From NCBI GenBank assembly GCA_963777605.1, contig CAVZRV010000031.1, positions 288,001 through 352,000 of the forward strand: a DNA stretch of 64,000 nt, written 5' to 3'. The notes below the pieces were generated by a model, which was not told the DNA's origin, did no database searches, and saw only the letters and a list, made by a program, of their open reading frames with translations. Shown here one piece after another: positions 10,594 to 22,450 of this stretch. Origin of the DNA: an uncultured Acidobacteriota bacterium. GTDB taxonomy: Bacteria; Acidobacteriota; UBA6911; RPQK01; JAPXNP01. The first letter of the stretch is position 1. Every line of letters starts with the position of its first letter. The position numbers and the translations under genes were made by a program.

Positions 10594-11716
10594 CTACAGC
10601 TTCAGAAAGATTCTCCGCCGATAAAGCCAATAACACGCGTACCACATCACCGCAAGGACGGTGCACGATTGCGCGACCGGTGCCAGCGTTCCAATCCACT
10701 GGTAATCAAACGTGAACACCCCAACAGCCCGATCCAGCCAGCCGTAAAGAACCATGCTGATCGAGTAGATGAAGATCGAGTTGGCCCCCACGACGACCAG
10801 TGGGAATGTCCACCGGCGAAATCCCCAGACCTCAACTACCACGTAGAAACCGATCATCATCACCAGGACCCAGCCCAGGCTGTACAGGATGAACGACGGC
10901 GTGCAGAGCTGCTTGACCATCGGGATCCAGGGATTTAGGCCAAATCCCAGGACAAACGACAGGACCATTCCGCCCGCTGAGGTAGGCCAATTTCTTTCCA
11001 TGAGAGGCCGAGGTCATGAGGAGGCGTCCACACCAGACTCCAGTCAGCGTCCAGACCGTGCTGGTCAGGAAGTTCAGGGTGGAGTAGGCCGGGTCGTAGT
11101 CATACCCGAAGATCCACCGATCGACCACCAGGCCGACATGATCGGTCCGCGAGAACGGCCCGTCCGGGCCGGGGAACGCGAACAGCAGTCCAGTCCAGAA
11201 CACCATCAGCCCGATTGCGGCCACGAGCTGCCAACGCCATCGCAACTGCATCAGCAGGTAACTGAGGAAGTAGGTGAAAGCAATCTGCGCCAGGACGTTG
11301 ATCAACTGGGGCTTGATCTGGTGGGCACCCACCCAGATCAACACCTCGCTCATGATGATCAACCGAACGGACCGGGCAACGACATGGTGGAAATTCTCCG
11401 CTCGGAGTAGCTCCCTGGGCCGTCCGTTTCGCAAAGGCAAAAGGCATCGCCACCCCCACCATGAACATGAAGGCTGGCTGGATCATGTCCCAGAAAACAC
11501 CTCCCTGCCAGGGAACGTGGTGGAACCAGCCCGCGACCCGGCCCCACATCGGGTCGTTGCGCAGTTCGGAGAATCCGAAAGCCTCGGATGCCAGCATGAG
11601 CATGATAAACCCCGGTAAGCATCGAGGGCGAGATAACGTTTGAGACCTTCCGCCGGAGAAGCGGCCCGCGGCTCCGACGGTGACTGTGCCACCTGCGACC
11701 CGCCAGAATCGTGCAT
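10594..11716 (-). CDS. HGSNAT/DUF5009-like membrane acyltransferase; about three frameshifts
   Basis: Successive frames give RYLALDAYRG, HVPWQG..FWDMIQPAFMFMVGVAMPF, INVLAQIAF and PMVKQLCTPSF...GANSIFIY. Confidence 0.8.
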
Positions 11717-11945
11717 CGCCGAAGTCTACTGCCATTAAAACCTGGAGTCGAGACCCTGGCCTGCGGCAATTGCAACGGCTGGGGCGGCCGGCATCTCCGC
11801 CCGCCTTCCAGATACCGGAAAGACGAACCGGCTGGCGATTCTTCCTGCGTGGACCCGCACTCACGTTCGCTCTCCTTTCGTCCGATGCGTGCGAACACTG
11901 GATGCAGCGGTATCATGATGCTGTTGCTGCTTTCCGGAGGTTGCC

Positions 11946-12170
11946 GTGATCACTGTGAGATTGAATTTTCTGGCGCTGGTGTTATTGCTATGCGCATCTG
12001 CTCCACTGGCCGCGAAAGACTACTACGTAAGTCCTCGCGGCAATGACCTGGGCCCGGGCAGTCGCATCCACCCCTGGAGGACTCTGGAGCAGGTCGCCCG
12101 GGTGATTGCGGACTGGATCGACAGCCTGGTTCTGCCAAACCCGGACAAGGTCCGGAAACAGGGTGATTGA
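11946..12170 (+). pseudogene. Truncated secreted right-handed beta-helix (DUF1565-like) gene
   Basis: Signal peptide plus DYYVSPRGND..PGS..HPWRTL N-terminal motif, then a stop after 74 aa directly before a repeat element. Confidence 0.6.
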
Positions 12171-12182
12171 GGGACCGTCTCC

Positions 12183-12500
12183 CAGAGAGTGAAACTGGTC
12201 AAGTTTAAGCTCAATATCGCGATTCGCCCGCATTCAGAACGCGAGTAACGCGAGCGCGTCGCCAGACCTCCACCAACTGCCGCGCTTGGATCTTGCCTCC
12301 CCGCCTACGCTTTCGGCCTCCTGCCGGACTTCCGGCGGATGCAGCGCGTCAGCAGTGGCGCTCGCTCCTCTCGCGTACTGAAACCAGGGCAACCAGAATC
12401 CCTCCAACAATGGCGGCCCCCAATACTCCAACGATCGCCTCAATCAAGAGCCGGCCGGCTCCAAATCTCGCAGGTTTTCCAACTCATCCAAATCGCAGTT
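12183..12500. repeat. Repeat-family copy 2, with a different internal inverted-repeat cargo
   Basis: Starts CAGAGAGTGAAACTGG and its end matches 1000-1085 (TGGCGGCC..TACTCCA.CGATCGCCTCAATCA..AGCCGGCCG...TCCAAATC..CAGGTTTTCCAACTC). Internal imperfect inverted repeat at 12235-12257 / 12358-12380. Confidence 0.7.
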
Positions 12501-12515
12501 CCAGGCCCGCCCGCC

Positions 12516-13253
12516 TCACGCCAAAATGGCGACCGCCCGAAGCTGTTCGTAATGGGGACGGCACTCCTCGGCAAGGCGTTCGAGGTGGTCCTCCAGTTCG
12601 ATGTGGTTTTCACGATAGGGATGGAACCCGGTTGACCGGTGGACGGAAGCGTACCAGTGTTTGGCCCACACACCGTCTTCCGGCCGTGCGCCTGCAGGCC
12701 ACTGCAGCATCCCGGTTTCGAACGGGATTCCCAGGCGCTCGCACAATTTCGAGAGGACTCCCGCCGGGTTGAGCAGAACCTCTTTGGCGTCCAGGACCGG
12801 AGGATCGTAGCCTCGCTCACGTAAAGAGCGATACAACTCGGCCTGGGCGGCAAAACCGGTGTCCTTAAGCGAAGGGTGATGCACGTTGCGTGAGAACGAA
12901 AGGACCACTTCTCGTGGGTTTCTGGTCAGGAGTACGTTGTCCAGGCGTTCCAGAAACCCCCAGTCGAGACCGACCAGGTGGTGGGTCATGTTCTTGAAGA
13001 AGAGAACCGGCTTGTCGTGCTCTCCCAACAGCACGTCATGGACGACCTTTTCCCCATCGGTCTCCATCGACCGGACGATTTCGTCGGCCCCGGGGTGGTA
13101 GTACCTGGCGTCGTCCCGACTCAGGTAATGGCCGTAAAGCGGTTCGTCGAAGACCCTGGTATCGCCCCGCTGAGCGAAGGAATACATCAGGGCCGTCGAG
13201 ATGTTGCGCGGTCCGGACCAGACCGATATGCGCCGCGTCGAGGTTCCGCTCAA
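12516..13253 (-). CDS. Sulfotransferase-like P-loop protein (partner of class IV aminotransferase)
   Basis: WSGPRNISTALMYSFAQRGD, DEPLY, FFKNMTHH and WAKHWY motifs. TTG start overlaps the upstream TGA (TTGA). Confidence 0.82.
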   Translation of the reverse strand: MSGTSTRRISVWSGPRNISTALMYSFAQRGDTRVFDEPLYGHYLSRDDARYYHPGADEIVRSMETDGEKVVHDVLLGEHDKPVLFFKNMTHHLVGLDWGFLERLDNVLLTRNPREVVLSFSRNVHHPSLKDTGFAAQAELYRSLRERGYDPPVLDAKEVLLNPAGVLSKLCERLGIPFETGMLQWPAGARPEDGVWAKHWYASVHRSTGFHPYRENHIELEDHLERLAEECRPHYEQLRAVAILA

Positions 13254-14188
13254 GAGGACTGCTCCTCCCGGTTGCACCGGCCCACTTCTTCGCTGATTCG
13301 GCTTTCGTAGAGTCGGCCCAGCCGTCCAGTGTAACGACCGGGCCTCCCGCTGCCGATCACACGGCCGTCAACCTGGACGACCGGGGTCACGCCACCGAAG
13401 GTCCCGGTCAGGAAAGCCTCGTCCGCATCGTAAACACTCGTCAGCGTGAAGTTCCGCTGGTAGACGGGAATGCCGTTCGTTCGGCAGATTTCTATGATCA
13501 GCCCCCGGGTGACACCGTTGAGACAGTAGTCGCCGGTCGAGGTCCAGACCTCCCCTTTTCTTACGATGAAGAAGTTGGTCGAATTGCAGGTACTGACAAA
13601 TCCGTGCAGATCCAGCATGAGCGCTTCATCACCCCCGGCCTGCAGGGCCTGGACCAGGGCGATCACCTCGTGCAGCTTGCTGTGACAATTGAGCTTCGGG
13701 TCGAGGTAATCGGGTGAGCCGCGCCGGATCGCCGAGGTCTGCAGCCTCAGGCCCGCCTCCGTCGTGGCCTGGTTGGCCAGCTTGTGTTCGGCGATGATGA
13801 CGATCGTGGGACCGCCCAAAGTGAGCCGGGGATCCTGACTCGGGGTCTTCTTGATGCCGCGGGTCACCATGAGGCGAACGTGAACGCCCGTCTCCATTCG
13901 GTTCGCCCGGATTGTCCGGAGAAGCGCGTCCGCGACTCCCTTCCGGTCCATCCCGATGTCGAGACCGATGGCGGCAGCCCCCTGGAAGAGGCGATCCAGG
14001 TGCCGGTCCAGGAAGACCAGCACGCCGTCGTGAAGTCTCAAACCCTCCCAGACTCCGTCTCCGACCAGAAAACCGCTGTCGAAAACGGAGATCTTCGCTT
14101 CAGAACGGGGGACGAGATCTCCATTGATGTAGATGAGGACGTCTTTGTTGCGCGCGTCGGCCAGCGCGTCGTGGGTGCTTCGGGACAC
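13250..14188 (-). CDS. Aminotransferase class IV (branched-chain/D-amino-acid aminotransferase-like)
   Basis: SVFDSGFLVGDGVWEGLR, HLDRL, LNGVTR and ADEAFLTGT motifs. Start is approximate. Confidence 0.9.
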   Translation of the reverse strand: MSRSTHDALADARNKDVLIYINGDLVPRSEAKISVFDSGFLVGDGVWEGLRLHDGVLVFLDRHLDRLFQGAAAIGLDIGMDRKGVADALLRTIRANRMETGVHVRLMVTRGIKKTPSQDPRLTLGGPTIVIIAEHKLANQATTEAGLRLQTSAIRRGSPDYLDPKLNCHSKLHEVIALVQALQAGGDEALMLDLHGFVSTCNSTNFFIVRKGEVWTSTGDYCLNGVTRGLIIEICRTNGIPVYQRNFTLTSVYDADEAFLTGTFGGVTPVVQVDGRVIGSGRPGRYTGRLGRLYESRISEEVGRCNREEQSS

Positions 14189-14362
14189 CCCTTCGGAACC
14201 GCTCGGGTTGAGAGTCATGAGTACCCGAATTGCTACTCCAGCAGGCAGGCCCATGTCAAGTCGGCCGACAGCCATGGCGTCGGCTCAGGCTCCGTGGCAT
14301 AATCATCCACAATCGTGTCCCGAACCGATTGATTCTTTTACTTTTGTGAAAGGAGTTTCACG

Positions 14363-14803
14363 ATGCGATCAACTGCGGTTTCGACGTTGCTTCTGGTTCT
14401 TCTGACGGGTGCTCGACTGATGGCGCATTGCCAGATGCCCTGTGGAATCTACGACGATGAACTCCGGGCAAAAATGATCGCGGAGTACATCACGACGATC
14501 GAGAAGTCGATGAATCAGATCGTCGAGCTGAGCAAGCAGTCTCCGGTCAACTACAACCAGCTCGTCCGATGGGTCAACACCAAGGAAGAGCACGCCGGTG
14601 AGATCCAGGAAGTTGTCTCCGACTACTTCCTGACTCAGAGAATCAAGCCGGAAGACAAGGACTACGAGAAGAAATTGAAAGTCCTCCACTCGATGCTGGT
14701 CTCGGCCATGAAGTGCAAGCAAACGACCGACCTGGCCAACGTGGAGGCCCTGCGAACCCAGCTCAAGGAGTTCTCGGCCCTCTATTTCGATCACACCCAT
14801 TGA
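14363..14803 (+). CDS. sodN: Nickel superoxide dismutase precursor
   Basis: Ni-hook HCQMPCGIYD follows a 21-aa hydrophobic leader; NQLVRWVNTKEEHA and YFLTQR motifs. Confidence 0.95.
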   Translation: MRSTAVSTLLLVLLTGARLMAHCQMPCGIYDDELRAKMIAEYITTIEKSMNQIVELSKQSPVNYNQLVRWVNTKEEHAGEIQEVVSDYFLTQRIKPEDKDYEKKLKVLHSMLVSAMKCKQTTDLANVEALRTQLKEFSALYFDHTH

Positions 14804-14890
14804 ACATTTTGGATTTGTGATTTTTGATGGGTTGGTGACGCGGGTGGCCGTTGAAATCGTAAATCGAAAACCGTAGATCGAAAATGTCAA

Positions 14891-15415
14891 CTACGGCGCG
14901 ATTCTTAGCCGGCGCAGCTCCTCTTCGAGGTTCGGCGTGAGGATCCCCCGGGCAACGTCTCCCCGAAGTTCCGATTCGGACCAGAAGCGGCCTTCTGAGA
15001 TCTCGGTCCGGTTGATCGTGAAAGGACCCTCCGACTCAACCCGAAACGTCCGGATGTACTCCGTCTCGGTTCCGCTTCTCCAGAAATAGGTGTGGAGCGG
15101 TTCCAGTGCGGCGACCCCGCCAATATCGTCCAGCCGAATCCCCAGTTCCTCCTCCATTTCCCGCGCGGCGGCCTCCTCGTAACTCTCTCCCGGAACCACG
15201 TGGCCACCCACCGAGGTGTCCCACCGGCCGGGTTGGACGTCCTTGTTCGCAGCCCGCTTCTGGAGGAAGATCGCGCGGGCCCGGTTCCGAATGAACACGT
15301 GAACCGCACGATGGGCCATCGCAGCGTTTCCATGACACTGCGAGCGCGGAGCAACTCCAACCGTTTCGCCCTTGTCGTTAACCAGCTCGAACAGTTCTTC
15401 GTCTCTTGTCGTCAT
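14891..15415 (-). CDS. NUDIX hydrolase (Idi-like subfamily)
   Basis: [15 protein letters not shown] and Nudix box [17 protein letters not shown]. Confidence 0.9.
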   Translation of the reverse strand: MTTRDEELFELVNDKGETVGVAPRSQCHGNAAMAHRAVHVFIRNRARAIFLQKRAANKDVQPGRWDTSVGGHVVPGESYEEAAAREMEEELGIRLDDIGGVAALEPLHTYFWRSGTETEYIRTFRVESEGPFTINRTEISEGRFWSESELRGDVARGILTPNLEEELRRLRIAP

Positions 15416-15581
15416 TGGCCTCCCCGTCCTTATCCTCCCACAGATTCCCTCAGACAACCGCACCCGGTCAACTTGCCAGATGTCCTCGAAGTTTCTACGA
15501 TCAGTACTTGTGCGGGGTCCCTCCGCACTGCTCTTCGCAGGTGGGCCCCACGCGATTACTATCGAAGCAAGAGGAGAATTT

Positions 15582-17259
<1,678 letters not shown>

Positions 17260-17493
17260 AAATGGAATCGGCCCGGGAAAAGAAGGCCAAACCCGGGCCG
17301 ATTCCAGTCGTCGGAACATCAGAAGGAGGAATTCGCTTTCCTCATCCTGATAATCGACTCTGCCAAAGTGCGGCATCAGGCTTTATGCCACCTGCAACTG
17401 GTTCAAAAGAACCGTCTGACGGGTCAGGCAGATCCGACTTCTCTGACTATTCCCTTCCCCCGGCCCCGACGCTTCACCACACCTCGCCCGCAC

Positions 17494-17524
17494 TTGATTC
17501 ACGGCAAAGTGATTCTGGTATACT
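17494..17524 (+). promoter_or_regulatory. Sigma-70-type promoter of tRNA-Pro
   Basis: TTGATT upstream and extended -10 TGGTATACT, ending 16 nt before the tRNA. Confidence 0.55.
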
Positions 17525-17540
17525 CTTGATTCTTCCGGGT

Positions 17541-17617
17541 CGGGACGTAGCGCAGCCTGGTAGCGCACCTGAATGGGGTTCAGGGGGCCGGGAGTTCAAA
17601 TCTCCCCGTCCCGACCA
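17541..17617 (+). tRNA. tRNA-Pro (GGG)
   Basis: 77 nt cloverleaf: acceptor CGGGACG/CGTCCCG, D-loop AGCCTGGTAG, anticodon arm CCTGA-ATGGGGT-TCAGG, T-loop TTCAAAT, encoded CCA. Confidence 0.97.
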
Positions 17618-17650
17618 GCTTTCTCCCTTTTACGCCGGGTTGTCGAAGGA

Positions 17651-18324
17651 TCATGGACTCTTCTCCGTTGCCTTCCATTCGGGCTTGCGTTCCGGTTGGG
17701 CCTGGGCAAGTGCGCGGCGCACGCCCTCGGCATCGTGGTCAGCCGTATAAACAGGAGTGCCGGGCTGTTGGCGCCAGGACTCATCCAATCCTCCCGCATC
17801 GATACCGTCGAATCCAAGTTCGTCGACAAGGCGAAGCACGACCGCCTTGGCCGCGGCGTCGTCCCCGGCGACCGGAAGTGCGATGCGGTCGGGACTTCCC
17901 GAGGGCTTGCCGAGATTCAGGAGGTGATCGGCGTAGATGTTGTTGAAGGCCTTGACGACGGGGCGACCGAGTTGCCGCTCGACCCAACGGCTCTCAGGTA
18001 TCCCGGCTTCGATCCCATCGATTCTGCCGTCGCGCTGACGGGGGTAGTAGTTGCCCGTATCCACGACAACCACGTCGTCCGGGACGCCGTCGAAAAGGTC
18101 GTCCGGCAGATCAGGAACATGGCCTTCGGGAATCGTCACGACGACGACCTCTCCTAAACGCGCCGCGTCCCTCGCCGTCACTGCGGCTGCGCCAGTCTCA
18201 GATTCCAGGTCACTGAGGGTCTCGGGTCCCCTCGAATTAGCCACGGCAACGTCGTGCCCGAGCGCTGTGAACGCCGGGTAAGCGTCCCGCCAATGTTTCC
18301 GGCTCCAATGATTCCGATCTTCAT
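17651..18324 (-). CDS. NADPH-dependent F420 reductase-like (NADP oxidoreductase) protein; frameshift at ~18270
   Basis: MKIGIIGAGNIGG, ANSRGPETL, DTGNYYPRQRDG, VVKAFNNI and SWRQQPGTP motifs. Confidence 0.88.
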
Positions 18325-18560
18325 GATTCTTCCTTCCTCTGATTGCTCGACTTTGCCGGTCGGAAGTCTCAAGAGGACCTCGGGCCGGCTGCCATGTTAT
18401 TCGGTCGAAAGCCCCGGACAGGCCTAGAATCCGGCATTTCTCGCCAGGCAACAGTGTCGGGTCCCATCCGGGTCTGCCTCTGAGATTGACTATATCGCCC
18501 CGGCGATCCGATCTTCCACTTTCATGGTGTGGCCGACCACAAAAGGCTTCGTTTCATACT

Positions 18561-18677
18561 CTACTTTGAATCCGACCCCCGGCAGACCTGCACGACTCGC
18601 GCCAGATACTCTGCCCAAACGCTTTCGAAAAGATTCAGGGCTTGCAGATACAGAGCCTTTTCAAAAACCGTCAACAT
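18561..18677 (-). pseudogene. Possible remnant of a cyclic-nucleotide-binding-domain protein N-terminus
   Basis: MLTVFEKALYLQALNLFESV..EYLARV resembles cNMP-domain leading helices; only 38 codons. Confidence 0.35.
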
Positions 18678-18965
18678 CTCACTCGGCCTTCCCTTGACGG
18701 GAACCATCAGCCCACAGGGCCGTCATCTCTCCTTCACCAGTTAAGGCGAGAAAGAGTGAGATTAAGTGGCATCCGGCGTCGATATTTTCGGGATTCCGGC
18801 GAGGTCGGCCGAGTAGAACTCCTGCCCCGTGGTCCGTCCAGGGCGGCGAGCCTCAGAAGACAATACAAATGAAAACTCTAGCCGTACCGCAAATCGAGAG
18901 CCAGGGCCGGCAGAGGGTGCCATCGCCGTCTTGATTGGTTACACAGTCACACGTATACTGTGCTG

Positions 18966-19196
18966 GTGAAGAACATTACCCTGAGTGTTGATGAGAAGGT
19001 CCTGGCCGACGCCAGGCGCTATGCTGCCAGCCGGGAATCCTCCGTGAACGCCTTGGTTCGCGACTTCCTCAAGAGCATCTCGGAGCGGGAAAACCGCGCC
19101 CAGATCGCGCGGGAACGACTCCTCGAACTCGGTCTCCGATCCAACGCGCGTATTGGGGTCAAGAACTGGGATCGAGACAGCCTCCATGAAGGTTGA
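18966..19196 (+). CDS. vapB: RHH antitoxin (DUF6364/VapB-like)
   Basis: KNITLSVDEKVL..ARRYAA..SVNALVRDFL and WDRDSLHE; overlaps the PIN gene. Confidence 0.8.
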   Translation: MKNITLSVDEKVLADARRYAASRESSVNALVRDFLKSISERENRAQIARERLLELGLRSNARIGVKNWDRDSLHEG

Positions 19197-19605
19197 GTGT
19201 TTTCTTGACACCAACATCCTGGTCTATGCCGCCGCCGGGCGTGGGCCTGAAGCAAGCAAGATGCGCCGAGCCCTCGACCTGATCTCCTCGGAGGACTTCG
19301 GCCTTTCCGCTCAGGTGCTCCAGGAGTTTTATGTGACGGTCACACGCAAGATCCAGGTCCCGATGACTCCGGTGGAAGCCGTCGATTGGATCGAAAACCT
19401 TGAGGTCTTCCCCTGCGTTACGATCGACTCGTCTTTGGTCAAACTGGCCGTCGAAGCGAGCGAACGATGGCGGTTGTCTTACTGGGACGGCGCCATTCTG
19501 GTTGCCGCGGAACTGCTCGGAGCCACCACCCTCTTCAGCGAGGACATGTCGCATGGACAGCGATACGGTTCGGTGCAGGTGATCGACCCGTTTCAAGATC
19601 GATAA
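19186..19605 (+). CDS. vapC: PIN-domain toxin
   Basis: FLDTNILVYA, QVLQEF, SYWDGAI and SED acidic residues. Confidence 0.9.
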   Translation: MKVECFLDTNILVYAAAGRGPEASKMRRALDLISSEDFGLSAQVLQEFYVTVTRKIQVPMTPVEAVDWIENLEVFPCVTIDSSLVKLAVEASERWRLSYWDGAILVAAELLGATTLFSEDMSHGQRYGSVQVIDPFQDR

Positions 19606-19635
19606 CAACAGGTCGATTAGGGCTACTTACTCACC

Positions 19636-19761
19636 TTACTCACCCTCACGGGGCTTCAGGCGACTGTACAGCCAAGCTTTTGCGAATTTCCAGTCGCGCA
19701 TCACCGTTTCCTGGGACACGTCGAGCAATGCGGCGGTCTCCTCCACGGTAAGCCCGACAAA
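19636..19761 (-). pseudogene. C-terminal (region 4) remnant of an ECF sigma factor
   Basis: Translates FVGLTVEETAALLDVSQETVMRDWKFAKAWLYSRL*, the signature C-terminus of TIGR02999-type ECFs; no region 2 upstream. Confidence 0.72.
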
Positions 19762-19835
19762 AGACAAATCTGTTCCAAGATCTTCCAGAAACGATGCCTA
19801 GCATCTGATGCGGATCGTGTTATCATCGCAACATC

Positions 19836-20078
19836 ATGAGCCGAACAACGGTAGACATTGACGATCCAATTCTCCGAGAAGTCAAGGCTCTTCGGGACCG
19901 TCAAGGGACCTCCCTGGGGCGGGTGATATCCGACTTGCTGGCTAAGGCGCTCAGGGAAAAAGGGGAGAACCGCAAGAACGAGCCTTTCTCCTGGATTTCC
20001 CGGCCGATGGCGCCTCGAGTTGAGATTGCGGATAAGGAAGCGCTCTACAAACTTCTGGATCAGGACGCTCCGAGATGA
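19836..20078 (+). CDS. vapB: VapB-family antitoxin
   Basis: MSRTTVDIDDPILREVK..SLGRVISDLL RHH motif; ATGA overlap with the toxin. Confidence 0.85.
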   Translation: MSRTTVDIDDPILREVKALRDRQGTSLGRVISDLLAKALREKGENRKNEPFSWISRPMAPRVEIADKEALYKLLDQDAPR

Positions 20079-20512
20079 GCTTTGCCGTTGACACGAACGT
20101 CCTGCTCTACGCGTCTGATCAAAAGAGCCGACATTGGAGAACAGCTACAACGCTACTGCAAAAATGGTCAACCAACGACCAACTCTTTTATCTCTGCTGG
20201 CCGGTGATCATGGGTTATCTGAGGATCTCGACCCATTCCACGGTGTTTGCATCCCCTCTGGAACCGAAGGAAGCGATGCATAACATAGAAATGCTGCTCG
20301 CTCTCCCTCAGACCCGCGTACTTTCAGAGGGACCCCGGTTTTGGAAAACATATCGGGAGATCACGGGCAAGCTTGCCGTCAGAGGTAATCTCGTTCCAGA
20401 CGCTCATATCGCCGCATTGCTGCTGGAAAACGGTGTTCGGGAAATCGTTACTAACGATGCCGACTTTCGTAAGTTCGACTTTATCCGCGTCGTCAACCCA
20501 TTTACCGCCTGA
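20075..20512 (+). CDS. vapC: VapC-family PIN ribonuclease toxin
   Basis: VDTNVLLYA, GNLVPDAHIAAL and TNDADF motifs. Confidence 0.9.
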   Translation: MSFAVDTNVLLYASDQKSRHWRTATTLLQKWSTNDQLFYLCWPVIMGYLRISTHSTVFASPLEPKEAMHNIEMLLALPQTRVLSEGPRFWKTYREITGKLAVRGNLVPDAHIAALLLENGVREIVTNDADFRKFDFIRVVNPFTA

Positions 20513-20755
20513 TGGGCGTTTCCGCAAGATTCCTTAAGGCGAAGCCGGACCCGCGAACCCGGGGGGCGCATCCAGGGACGCCATGGGACGCTGCAGGCGT
20601 GGGTTCCTGATTGCATCACCGAAGGAGCCCGCATCAAGCAGAACAAGCAGGCCAAGAACGTCTGGCGTTGGGCTATGGAAGTTCAGGCGATGCAACTCTT
20701 CGACAATCTTGAGTTCTCGCAGCAGCTTGGACTGGTTCCCCGCTAGCACATTAGG

Positions 20756-22360
20756 TCAGAAACGCCACCCTTTGGTTTTGACTTCAGGGGTCTTCAAGTA
20801 TTTCTCGAAGAACTCCAGGCGGGTCGGGTCGGTGACCGGCTTGGACTTGAAGGTGGTGCCCAGTTCCATGATCTCCGGTTTTTGCAGGTCGGTCGCGGGC
20901 CACTCGGGGAGGCCTTTTCCGTTGGGGTCACCGGTTTTAACGAAGTTGGCCCAGTACCACGACATAATCTTCGCGGTCCGTTGATCCTCTTCGGTGTACG
21001 GCCGGTCAGCCTTACCGAGATTGTCGAAGACGTAGGGGACCTCCGAGGAGTGAAACGCCCCGTAGTGCTCGGCATTGTGCCCGGGTTCGGCATGTCCCCA
21101 GATGTAGATAAAGGTGGGCCCTCGCCCGTCGGCAACCCTGCGGCGAGCCCAGTCGTAGGTCCCGACCCGGGTGCGATCCCGCGCGGCCTCTTTGGCAATC
21201 TCGCCGGCCATGGTGTCGTCGATGACAGGGTAGAGTTCCAGAAACTCGTCGGCCAGGTCCCCGTAGCGACGCCTCGCCTCTTTCTCGCATTCGTCAAGAG
21301 TGGTCTTCCCGTAGTTCGGTGACGAACTGCCTTCGTCGGTAGTGAACCCGGCAAGGATGGGGATGGGACGCCCCTGATCCACTTCGGGTGCCCCTGAGCC
21401 CGGCCACTGCTTCGGGAGAAACCAGCCGTCGAGGTCGGGGCCAAAACGGATCGGCGGAGTGTTCGTCCCGCTTTCCGAACCGGCCGATGAACTCTCCAGG
21501 TCGGCACCGACCGCAGGCAAGCCACGAAGTTCCGCGATCGATTGGGCTCCCTTCGATTTCATGTAGGCGATTCCATTCTCCTCGGCCTTCTGCAGGTTGG
21601 ACAGGCCGTAAAGGGCCGCGCCCGGGCCGCTTTCGATGATGCACTGCTGGAACAACCCCCTGGCCAGCGGCGAGGCGAGCAGATGCTGAACGGCGCCGGC
21701 TCCTGCCGATTGACCGGCGATCGTCACCCGCTCCGGGTCTCCTCCCAACTCCGCGATATTCTCCCTCGTCCAGTGAAGGGCGGCCAGAAGATCGAGCAAT
21801 CCATAATTCCCGGACGAGTGATGCTCGGACTCGGCCGTCAATTCCGGGTGAGCCAGAAACCCGAGCACTCCGACACGGTAATTGACGGTGATCACGATAA
21901 TCCCCTGCCGGGCCAGCGGTTCCCCGTCGTAGATTGCCACCGAGCCCGATCCGCTATTGTAGCCCCCACCGTGAATCCAGAAGAGCACCGGGAGACGGGC
22001 GGCGGCGGACTCGGCCGGAGTCCAGACGTTCAGGTAGAGGCAGTCTTCGCTGACCGGGCCGGGAATGATGTATTCCGGGGTCCAGGGTCCGAAGCCACCG
22101 GTCTGGTCTCTCTGCATGCAACTGGGAGAGAAGTGGTCGGCGGTCCGGGTCCCGCTCCATGAAGAGGCACCCTGGGGCGGGCTCCAGCGCAGTTCACCCA
22201 ACGGGGGCGCTGCAAACGGGATCCCCAAAAAGGCGGTGACCCCGCCCTTGTCCATTCCCTCAATCGCCCCCGCCTCAAGAAAAGCACGCCGGATGGCCGC
22301 ACTCGAATAAACCACAACGCAGGACAAAATCACCGTCAAGAGAAGGAACTTCCGCAGCAT
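20756..22360 (-). CDS. Type-B carboxylesterase, secreted
   Basis: FLGIPFAAPP, SEDCLYLNVW, HGGG, GQSAG nucleophile and FHSSE His motifs. Confidence 0.93.
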   Translation of the reverse strand: MLRKFLLLTVILSCVVVYSSAAIRRAFLEAGAIEGMDKGGVTAFLGIPFAAPPLGELRWSPPQGASSWSGTRTADHFSPSCMQRDQTGGFGPWTPEYIIPGPVSEDCLYLNVWTPAESAAARLPVLFWIHGGGYNSGSGSVAIYDGEPLARQGIIVITVNYRVGVLGFLAHPELTAESEHHSSGNYGLLDLLAALHWTRENIAELGGDPERVTIAGQSAGAGAVQHLLASPLARGLFQQCIIESGPGAALYGLSNLQKAEENGIAYMKSKGAQSIAELRGLPAVGADLESSSAGSESGTNTPPIRFGPDLDGWFLPKQWPGSGAPEVDQGRPIPILAGFTTDEGSSSPNYGKTTLDECEKEARRRYGDLADEFLELYPVIDDTMAGEIAKEAARDRTRVGTYDWARRRVADGRGPTFIYIWGHAEPGHNAEHYGAFHSSEVPYVFDNLGKADRPYTEEDQRTAKIMSWYWANFVKTGDPNGKGLPEWPATDLQKPEIMELGTTFKSKPVTDPTRLEFFEKYLKTPEVKTKGWRF

Positions 22361-22450
22361 TCGACACTCCTTGCCGCCGGACGCGACCATTCCATTCTCG
22401 GTCAAGCGGGATCCGGGGTCTACCCTGATTCCATCACACCACCGAAATCG

